The notes beneath the pieces were generated by a model. That model searched no databases and was not told the DNA's origin. It worked only from the letters and a program-made list of their open reading frames with translations. Below are positions 30,605 to 37,968 of a stretch of DNA of 64,000 bases, piece after piece; the first letter of the stretch is position 1; each line of letters opens with the position of its first letter. Source of the stretch: an uncultured Bacteroidales bacterium (GTDB lineage: Bacteria > Bacteroidota > Bacteroidia > Bacteroidales > Muribaculaceae); NCBI GenBank assembly GCA_902787185.1, contig CADAFP010000029.1, positions 691 through 64,690 of the forward strand. The letters run 5' to 3'. The translations under genes and the position numbers were made by a program.

Positions 30605-32311
30605 ATGGCTAACTTTTATACCGACAATAAAGCGCTCCAGTACCACCTGCGTCACCCGTTGATGAAGCAGATTGTCGCACTGCGCGAGCGCGATTATACC
30701 CAGAGCGAGAAATTTGACTATGCTCCCCTCGATTTCGAGGACGCGATGGATTCTTACGAGCGCGTGCTGGACATCATCGGCGAGGTGTGCGGTGACATCA
30801 TCGCCCCCAATGCCAAGGATGTGGACCTCGAGGGTCCCCACCACGAGAACGGCCGCGTGCGCTACGCCAAGGGCACTGAGGTGAACCTCAAGGCTCTGAA
30901 CCAGGCTGGCTTGATGGGCATCACCTTGCCCCGCCAGTATGGAGGCCTGAACATGTCGTCGATTCCCTATATCATGGCTGCCGACATGGTGAGCCGTGCC
31001 GATGCGGGATTCGTCAACGTGTGGGGTCTGCAGGACTGTGCCGAGACCATCAACGAGTTTGCCAGCGAGGACCAGAAAGAGCGTTTCCTGCCCCGCACCT
31101 GCAAGGGCGAGACCCTGGCGATGGACCTCACCGAGCCCGATGCAGGTAGCGACCTGCAGTCCGTTATGCTCAAGGCCACTCAGGACGAGGACGGCACCTG
31201 GCGCCTGAACGGCGTGAAACGCTTCATCACCAACGGCGACGGCGACATTTCGCTCGTGCTCGCCCGCAGCGAGGAAGGTACCCGCGATGGACGCGGCCTG
31301 TCGATGTTCATCTACGACAAGCGCGACGGTGGCATGACCGTGCGCCGCATCGAGGACAAGATGGGTATCCACGGCAGCCCCACGTGCGAACTCGTGTTCA
31401 AGAACGCCAAGGCCGAGCTGTGCGGTGACCGCAAGTTAGGTCTCATCAAGTATGTGATGTCGCTGATGAACGGCGCACGCCTGGGCATCGCCGCCCAGAG
31501 CGTCGGCGTGAGCGAGGCCGCCTATCAGGAGGCCATCGCCTATACCCGCAGCCGTGAGCAGTTTGGCAAGGCCATCATCAATTTCCCCGCTGTGAGTGAG
31601 ATGATTGCCAACATCAAGGCCAAGCTCGACGCTTCACGCACCCTGCTGTATGAGTGCACCCGCTTCGTCGATATGTACAAGTCGCTCGAGGCCATCAGCC
31701 GTGAGCGCACCCTCGCCCCCGAGGAGCGCAAGACCATGAAGGCCTACAACCGCCTGGCTGATGCCTTCACGCCGCTGGCCAAGGGCATGACGAGCGAGTT
31801 CTGCAACCAGAACGCGTACGACTGCGTGCAGATTCACGGTGGTAGCGGCTTTATGCGTGACTACGCTTGTGAGCGCATCTACCGCGATGCCCGCATCACC
31901 AGCATCTACGAGGGCACGACCCAGTTGCAGGTGGTGGCAGCCATCCGCCACGTCACCACGGGCACCTATCTGAACCAGATCAAGGAGTATGCCGCCCGTG
32001 AGTATAGCGAGGCTGTTGCTCCCATGCGGGCCAAACTCGAGGCCATGACTGCCCTCTACGAGGAGACCTTTGCCAAGGTGCAGGCCGTCGAGGATCCCGA
32101 GTACATCACCTTCCATGCCCGTCGTCTGGTCGAGATGCTGGGACACATCATCATGGGCTATCTGCTCATCGGTGACGCCAGCAACGAACCCGACCTGTTC
32201 ATGGACAGCGCTAAGGTCTATGTCAACATGGGCGAGGCCGAGGTGGCACGCCACGCACGCTTTATCGGCGCCTTCAACCCAGCCGACCAAGCCGCCTACA
32301 TGAGAAACTAA
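30605..32311 (+). CDS. Acyl-CoA dehydrogenase
   Basis: MDLTEPDAGSD, NGVKRFITNG, KMGIHGSPT, QIHGGSG, IYEGTTQLQ. Confidence 0.95.
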   Translation: MANFYTDNKALQYHLRHPLMKQIVALRERDYTQSEKFDYAPLDFEDAMDSYERVLDIIGEVCGDIIAPNAKDVDLEGPHHENGRVRYAKGTEVNLKALNQAGLMGITLPRQYGGLNMSSIPYIMAADMVSRADAGFVNVWGLQDCAETINEFASEDQKERFLPRTCKGETLAMDLTEPDAGSDLQSVMLKATQDEDGTWRLNGVKRFITNGDGDISLVLARSEEGTRDGRGLSMFIYDKRDGGMTVRRIEDKMGIHGSPTCELVFKNAKAELCGDRKLGLIKYVMSLMNGARLGIAAQSVGVSEAAYQEAIAYTRSREQFGKAIINFPAVSEMIANIKAKLDASRTLLYECTRFVDMYKSLEAISRERTLAPEERKTMKAYNRLADAFTPLAKGMTSEFCNQNAYDCVQIHGGSGFMRDYACERIYRDARITSIYEGTTQLQVVAAIRHVTTGTYLNQIKEYAAREYSEAVAPMRAKLEAMTALYEETFAKVQAVEDPEYITFHARRLVEMLGHIIMGYLLIGDASNEPDLFMDSAKVYVNMGEAEVARHARFIGAFNPADQAAYMRN

Positions 32312-32314
32312 AAT

Positions 32315-32339
32315 GTAGAGACGCAAAATCTTGCGTCTC
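32315..32339. repeat. GTAG-type REP-like palindrome
   Basis: GTAGAGACGCAAAATCTTGCGTCTC. Confidence 0.55.
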
Positions 32340-32363
32340 CCGAACAGAATATTATAACAATAC

Positions 32364-32402
32364 TCAGCCCCTGTCGAGTGTTGAACTGCAGGGGCTGATT
32401 TG
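32364..32402 (+). terminator. Terminator-like hairpin after the etf/acyl-CoA dehydrogenase operon
   Basis: TCAGCCCCTG...CAGGGGCTGA followed by TTT. Confidence 0.6.
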
Positions 32403-32432
32403 GTTATAGTGCATTAGGATTGACTGACTATG

Positions 32433-32570
32433 TCAATTATTGCGGCCAAAGAAGAGTTCCAAAATAAAACTAATGAGTCCCCAAATAAGCGATAACGCCA
32501 ATCGGACGACTCCATAAAGAATGAGCCCGCCAGCCACCGCAATCACAACACCCAACAAAAACCAAAACAT
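32433..32570 (-). CDS. Putative 45-aa hydrophobic membrane peptide
   Basis: Hand translation MFWFLLGVVIAVAGGLILYGVVRLALSLIWGLISFILELFFGRNN*, 26 nt downstream of the amidohydrolase. Confidence 0.55.
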   Translation of the reverse strand: MFWFLLGVVIAVAGGLILYGVVRLALSLIWGLISFILELFFGRNN

Positions 32571-32596
32571 AGTTCTTCTTTACTTGTCCGTTTTCA

Positions 32597-33337
32597 TTAA
32601 CCACGACAAAACACACATCTTGATAGAACATCATCTGCGCTAGTTCCACATACCGACTTAATCATCTCGATATTATTCTGAATATAAGTCACAGAATTCA
32701 TGTCCTTGTAGTAGACATCATTGATGGGAAGATCTGTTCCAAATAAGATTCTGTCAACAAGACCTTTATCAACAAGCTGTTGTAAATCTTGTGCTGGCAT
32801 AAATGATGTGTCAATAAACGAATTCTCATTATTTCTCACTACCTCAAGAGTTTCATCTAAAGGACGCCCATGTGCCAAGACAAAGGTCAAATCTTGATTC
32901 TCTGCAATGATGTCTGCAAATAATCCTGCATGACAAGATACAAAGTTGCCTGTATGTAACAAGACAGGAACACCAAGCTGTCTCGCTAATTCAAGTCCTT
33001 GAACAACAAGCTTTTTATTGTTTGCCCACTCTTTGTGGGCTTCCCAGTGCATCTTGATGCCTTGCCACGGTATTTTGCTGTGCAACATATAAGGTAAGGC
33101 ATACCGGCACTTCATCATTCTGGGCGTGAGCCACAGGATGGGGTGGACTCGTTCTCCTCCGAGCTTGATGAGCTCTCGCATTTCCCGAACAACGACTTTG
33201 TAGAGTTCGGTGCAAGTTGATGTGGAGGAAACAGCCATTCCGTCGATTCCTGCTGCCACTGCGGAATCCCACACTTCTCTGGGTGTGTGGTATCCATCTG
33301 TAAACCATCCGACGTGAACATGATTGTCAATTATCAT
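32597..33337 (-). CDS. Amidohydrolase-family metallohydrolase
   Basis: DNHVHVG, GIKMH, LLHTG, LAHG, FGTDLP metal-binding motifs. Confidence 0.9.
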   Translation of the reverse strand: MIIDNHVHVGWFTDGYHTPREVWDSAVAAGIDGMAVSSTSTCTELYKVVVREMRELIKLGGERVHPILWLTPRMMKCRYALPYMLHSKIPWQGIKMHWEAHKEWANNKKLVVQGLELARQLGVPVLLHTGNFVSCHAGLFADIIAENQDLTFVLAHGRPLDETLEVVRNNENSFIDTSFMPAQDLQQLVDKGLVDRILFGTDLPINDVYYKDMNSVTYIQNNIEMIKSVCGTSADDVLSRCVFCRG

Positions 33338-33342
33338 TAGTA

Positions 33343-34806
33343 TTATAATAATCCTTTCTCTCGATATTCTTTAACAAGGCGTTTGTTCAAACGCGCCACG
33401 TCACAAAAGTGGTGATTGATGGCAAACATATCGCCACCACTCTCATTGTAGTTGCGTACCAGACAACGTGCGCAGTAGTCGCGGGCATCACATTCCAGAC
33501 ATTGAAGAAATGACTCTTGCGTGATTTTGCGCAATTCCTTCACTCGCTCACTGTTCTCCCAAATCTCCTGAAGCGGCTGTTTATAGACGTTACCCAGCAC
33601 ATAGTCTTGCCAACCTGCGCAGGGATACACGTCACCGTTGGCGGTTATGCAGCAGTTGTCATAACCAACGCCGCAAACGGGCTGTTTCTTGAAACGCTCA
33701 GGGTCAAATTTAATCTCATCTGTGATTGGCAATTGTTCAAGTGTCTCGTCACGATATTGCTTATCATGCAAGATGATGTCACGCAATAATTCCTCGGTTT
33801 CATCAAGAGACAGCCTGTTGGCCAAATTGTCTGTATCAAGGTCTGAGCGAGCCATCATGATATAGTCGGTCTGGGCCTTGATTTTAAGTGATTTGGCGTA
33901 ATCCAGCACCTTGTCATAGCCATGAAGGTTAGCTTTCATAATTGGACAAGAGATTTGCACGGGAATGTCAGCAGCCACCAGTTTCTCGATTGCCGCTTTT
34001 GTCTTCTCGAACGAGCCTTTTACCGTCGTTATAAAATCATGCACTTCGGGATCCATCGAGTAGAGTGACACTTGAATCAATGACAAATTAACCTCTTTCA
34101 AAGCAGGAATCTGCTCGTCTTTCAGCGAAATCAGGTTAGAGAGAATGGAAATTTTCAAGTCTTTTTCACGGCAATAGCGGGCAATCTCAATAAGATCTTT
34201 GTGCAGAAATGCTTCACCGCCCGAGAGAGTTACATGGATACCGCCCATAGCAGCGAACTCGTCAAGGATGCTTTTTACCTTGGCGGTCGGCATATCAAAC
34301 CCCATATTCTTTTTCTCGTTGGGGATATAGCAATGGATACAACGCTCGTTGCAACGACTGCTCAATTCAAACTGGAGACTGGAAATCAAAGGCCTGCCTT
34401 GAACTTCTTCAAGAAAGAAATCCTGGGTGTTTTCACTCACTTTCTCATCCGTTGCTTGATAGTAATTGTCAACCAGTGTCTTTGGATTGTCAATGTCATA
34501 GGTGAAATCATCATCCTTGGCATCAAGTTCCTCGGGCGTTTCACCGATGACGACAAACTTGTCATGCGCAAGACTCTCTGCAAATTCTATGAAATCCGCT
34601 TTGAGTGTATCAAAATCAACGTCCTCAAAGACGGTCAACAAATGATTGACTATTTCATCAATATCACTTGGCTCACGAGTAATCTCACGCAACAAAACTG
34701 CACCATATTCGTCATAACTACGGTCATGACGAGTCAACTGATTGGTAATGTACCCGTATCGCTTTGTTGTACGGATAAATGAATTTTTAGACTGGCGAAT
34801 ATACAT
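33343..34806 (-). CDS. Radical SAM/SPASM peptide maturase with N-terminal PqqD/RRE-like region
   Basis: CNERCIHC, SGGE, SPASM CGVGYDNCC..NGDVYPC...CLECDARDYCARC; about 140 aa precede the rSAM core. Confidence 0.93.
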   Translation of the reverse strand: MYIRQSKNSFIRTTKRYGYITNQLTRHDRSYDEYGAVLLREITREPSDIDEIVNHLLTVFEDVDFDTLKADFIEFAESLAHDKFVVIGETPEELDAKDDDFTYDIDNPKTLVDNYYQATDEKVSENTQDFFLEEVQGRPLISSLQFELSSRCNERCIHCYIPNEKKNMGFDMPTAKVKSILDEFAAMGGIHVTLSGGEAFLHKDLIEIARYCREKDLKISILSNLISLKDEQIPALKEVNLSLIQVSLYSMDPEVHDFITTVKGSFEKTKAAIEKLVAADIPVQISCPIMKANLHGYDKVLDYAKSLKIKAQTDYIMMARSDLDTDNLANRLSLDETEELLRDIILHDKQYRDETLEQLPITDEIKFDPERFKKQPVCGVGYDNCCITANGDVYPCAGWQDYVLGNVYKQPLQEIWENSERVKELRKITQESFLQCLECDARDYCARCLVRNYNESGGDMFAINHHFCDVARLNKRLVKEYREKGLL

Positions 34807-34810
34807 TTCC

Positions 34811-35080
34811 TTATTTGGTCCAAATCACTGCACAATCAACAGGTATAGATGTTTCAAAAGATGTCATTGCTGGTATTTGGTGTTTATAGAAAACGCCTAT
34901 TGATTTCCCTTGGTCATCAATTAGCTCTATCTTACATGGCTCATTTTTCCAATTCGTACACGTTCCAAACCAGATGTATGCGTCATCAATATAATAGTAT
35001 GAGCCTGTATCTATGGAAAGGGCTTGTTGGCCTATCTCCATCACGCCATCAGAGACTAGCTTTAATGATTTAACTAACAT
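34811..35080 (-). CDS. Hypothetical 89-aa protein in the RiPP-like operon
   Basis: Co-oriented ORF ending 4 nt before the rSAM start. Confidence 0.6.
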   Translation of the reverse strand: MLVKSLKLVSDGVMEIGQQALSIDTGSYYYIDDAYIWFGTCTNWKNEPCKIELIDDQGKSIGVFYKHQIPAMTSFETSIPVDCAVIWTK

Positions 35081-35105
35081 AAAACTTTACATTCTTAATT
35101 ATACC

Positions 35106-35154
35106 AAAAAGGGATATTATTCAGACACATTTTCAATTAAAGAATAATATCCCT
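35106..35154 (-). terminator. Stem-loop after the precursor peptide gene
   Basis: 13-bp perfect inverted repeat AGGGATATTATTC / GAATAATATCCCT (35110-35122 / 35142-35154), followed by a T run on the minus strand. Confidence 0.75.
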
Positions 35155-35177
35155 CATTAAAATTCTTTTAAGTTCAA

Positions 35178-35312
35178 TTACGCTGATCTCTCACATCTCT
35201 TGCAAAGTGTTTCATTAGTCCAGCATTCTCCACCATCTTTTGCGGGGCAGCCTGCAGCATAGGAACCTGTAGGAAGGTTCTTTGCAATCATTTTTGCTTT
35301 TTGATACTTCAT
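35178..35312 (-). CDS. Putative RiPP precursor peptide (44 aa, four Cys)
   Basis: Hand translation MKYQKAKMIAKNLPTGSYAAGCPAKDGGECWTNETLCKRCERSA*; upstream of an rSAM/SPASM enzyme; below the ORF-track cutoff. Confidence 0.85.
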   Translation of the reverse strand: MKYQKAKMIAKNLPTGSYAAGCPAKDGGECWTNETLCKRCERSA

Positions 35313-35424
35313 GATAATAAAATGTATAAAAGTTTATGCCTACGTCCTTTCAAGCGATTCGGCGGTTTCTGGTTTTTCTTCATCATAGTGTCATTCGGCA
35401 GCTCAGAGGATGACACGATACAAC

Positions 35425-35592
35425 ACAAAAAGCGAGGACTGCTATGCCACGCTTTGTAGATTGATGGTCGTAGGAAAAACCAGTAGTACAAAAAGGGGAT
35501 ATTAGTGCAGCCCACGCTATATACGTGGAAGCCGCCCTGCTTTCCTCTTGTACTAATTCAATTGAAAGTTTCCTACGTTTTCAATCTACAAG
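35425..35592 (-). ncRNA. Structured 5' leader, candidate cis-regulatory RNA
   Basis: Interrupted long inverted repeat (35454-35491 vs 35548-35591) plus alternative pairing 35431-35442 with 35507-35518; TATCTTTG -7 box at 35649-35656 on minus. Confidence 0.55.
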
Positions 35593-35799
35593 AATAAGCA
35601 TGTCGCTTCTTATTTCCAAAATGTCGTCGGATTGTTACCAATCCACTGCAAAGATACCTATTGTTTTTTGATTGAGACAAGGTTTTTGAAAAAAATAAAG
35701 TATAATTTTTGTTTAATTTCTCGCCCGTTAGGGCGATTAATTTTTTGTGAGGTTGTTGTTGGTGTGTTGTGGGAAAAAGTATATCTTTGCTGCATTGTT

Positions 35800-36684
35800 A
35801 TGAATCGTGAGAAGGAGATATATAAGGTGACGCTGGTGGGCAGTGCCGGCAATGTGGCGCTGCTGACCTTCAAGTTCATTGCGGGAGTGATGGGGCACAG
35901 TTCGGCGATGATAGCCGATGCCGTGCACTCGCTATCGGATTTTATTACCGACATCGTTGTGCTCGCCTTCGTTCACGTGAGCGCCAAGCCCCAGGACGTG
36001 GACCACGACTACGGTCACGGCAAGTATGAGACCTTTGCCACGTTCATCATCGGGTTGGCGCTGATAGCCGCTGCTACGGGCATTATTGTGTCGGGCGTTG
36101 CCAAACTCATCGATTGGGCTGGCGGTAAGCAGTTAGCGGCACCGGGTTGGCTGGCCCTGGCTGCTGCCATCATCTCGATTTTGGTCAAGGAAGTTCTTTT
36201 CCGATACACAGTCAATCGTGGCAAGCACCTCGATTCCCAGGCGCTGGTTGCCAATGCCTGGCATCACCGCAGCGATGCGTTGTCATCTATAGGAACGACG
36301 GTGGGCATCGGTGGAGCCATCCTGCTGGGAAACCGCTGGACGGTGCTCGACCCGCTGGCATCGGTTGTGGTGGGTTTGATGCTTGTCAAGGTGTCGTTTG
36401 ACCTGTTGCGCAACAGCGTCGGCGAACTCACCGAGTCGTCACTCTCGGCTGATATTGAGAAGGAAATCGAGGAAATCATCTGCTCTTTCCCCGACGTGAG
36501 CGAGCCGCATAACCTGCGCACGCGCCGCATCGGTAATCGTTTCGCCATCGAGGCCCATGTCCGCATGGACGGCAATGCTTCGCTCACCGCGGCCCACGAC
36601 CGTGCCACAGCCATCGAGGAGCGCCTACGAGAGCGTTTCGGCCCCCAAACCCACGTCACCATCCACATGGAACCCGTCAAGTGA
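35800..36684 (+). CDS. Cation diffusion facilitator transporter
   Basis: ADAVHSLSD, HDYGHGKYE, AWHHRSD, HNLRTR, IHMEP; start placed at MNREK. Confidence 0.94.
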   Translation: MNREKEIYKVTLVGSAGNVALLTFKFIAGVMGHSSAMIADAVHSLSDFITDIVVLAFVHVSAKPQDVDHDYGHGKYETFATFIIGLALIAAATGIIVSGVAKLIDWAGGKQLAAPGWLALAAAIISILVKEVLFRYTVNRGKHLDSQALVANAWHHRSDALSSIGTTVGIGGAILLGNRWTVLDPLASVVVGLMLVKVSFDLLRNSVGELTESSLSADIEKEIEEIICSFPDVSEPHNLRTRRIGNRFAIEAHVRMDGNASLTAAHDRATAIEERLRERFGPQTHVTIHMEPVK

Positions 36685-36703
36685 TGGCTCCTCACAACAA
36701 AGA

Positions 36704-36879
36704 CGGTGTGTCATAAATCTGATTCGGTAGCATAACCGTGCTAACGCACGGGAAATTAAACAAATTTTTAAACTAAAATTACATATTCCTTAAATAATAT
36801 GCTCAATTTTAAATTTAATTTGCTTAATTTCCCGCCCAACGGGCGGTTATGTTTAATTTAGTTGATTTATGACACACCG
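36704..36879. repeat. MITE/REP-like palindromic element
   Basis: 16-bp perfect terminal inverted repeat CGGTGTGTCATAAATC / GATTTATGACACACCG with nested internal inverted repeats and an AT-rich core. Confidence 0.75.
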
Positions 36880-36907
36880 CCTTTTTGTTATTAAAGGCGG
36901 TGGTGTT

Positions 36908-37420
36908 TTACTCGAACTTCAGGTTGTCGGCTTCGGTGAAAATACCATTCTCGCTAACCTTGAAGCCTTTTTTCTTGCCGTTGTATTTGTCAAGCGTGCC
37001 TACAACCCTTTTCTTTGCCACATCTTTCTCATCTATGATGATGATCTTATTGTTGCTGTAGTTTGCACCTCTATTGGTTGAACCGCTGAAACTGAAGTCA
37101 CAGTATAGATTGTATTTATCTTTATTTAATTCGGTTTCAGATTTTGTTCCGAAATTACACATCACACCGAATTCGGCAGGAAACTTGTCGCTGGTAATAG
37201 TCTTGGTCCACCACGTTGAATTAACGGCATCAAACGAAGTTCTTCCGTTTTCAGCTTTGTAATAGATAATAATTGAAGCCGCATCCAGTAAGTCTTGTGA
37301 AAAAGACATTGTGTAAGTTGCTGTCGCCTTGGTTTTGTCCTTTGGCTCATCCTTGCCGCATGAGGCAAATAATAGGGTAGCCGTAGCTATCAGGGCAACC
37401 ATGAGTAAATACTTCTTCAT
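36908..37420 (-). CDS. Hypothetical lipoprotein
   Basis: LLFASC lipobox followed by GKDEPK. Confidence 0.8.
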   Translation of the reverse strand: MKKYLLMVALIATATLLFASCGKDEPKDKTKATATYTMSFSQDLLDAASIIIYYKAENGRTSFDAVNSTWWTKTITSDKFPAEFGVMCNFGTKSETELNKDKYNLYCDFSFSGSTNRGANYSNNKIIIIDEKDVAKKRVVGTLDKYNGKKKGFKVSENGIFTEADNLKFE

Positions 37421-37462
37421 TGTCGATAAATTTTTATAGTTAATAATTATTGTTTCTGTTGG

Positions 37463-37882
37463 TTAATGGTCGGCGACTTCCTCAAGCCTGGACAGGAATG
37501 CGAGACGGGCACCCTTGAGCAGGCTGATGGCGCGCGGCACGATGTCGGCGAGTTCGGGAGTGCTGTCGGCGAGGATTTCAAAGGCGACCCACACGCTCGT
37601 TTCCTTTTCCTTGCCCTCCTCGTCCTGCATGTCCATGGTGTAGAGCTTCACGACCTTGATGCTGCCGTTCACCTCGTTCATCACGCGCATGATGGTCTCT
37701 TCGTTGTCCTCGGTGACCTCAAAGATGGCCGGCATCATCAATCTGAAGTACTGTTCGTCTTCAAGATCGTTGAAATACAGGTAGTTGATGCCTTCTATCT
37801 TGAAGGCGATGCCAAAGGGGGTCTCGTGCGGACGGAACCCTTCCTCGGCCAGATAGTCAATCATCAGTTTGTTTAAGTCCAT
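37463..37882 (-). CDS. YbjN-like small acidic protein
   Basis: YLAEEGFRP...FRLMMPAIF...MNEVN..IKVVK pattern resembling the YbjN/T3SS-chaperone fold. Confidence 0.6.
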   Translation of the reverse strand: MDLNKLMIDYLAEEGFRPHETPFGIAFKIEGINYLYFNDLEDEQYFRLMMPAIFEVTEDNEETIMRVMNEVNGSIKVVKLYTMDMQDEEGKEKETSVWVAFEILADSTPELADIVPRAISLLKGARLAFLSRLEEVADH

Positions 37883-37968
37883 ATATTTTTTTAGTTTTAA
37901 GTACGGTTTTACTGTCGCATAACCCCTAACTCCAAACCCCTAACTTCTAACTCCTAACTCCTAACTAA

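Noticed and set aside
32580-32597. ATG overlapping the amidohydrolase stop
   Set aside because: Encodes only MKTDK before a stop; the credible ORF begins at 32570
35309-35515. 68-aa ORF upstream of the precursor as a leader peptide
   Set aside because: Non-ATG start, overlaps the structured RNA region and has no protein-like features; cannot be fully excluded
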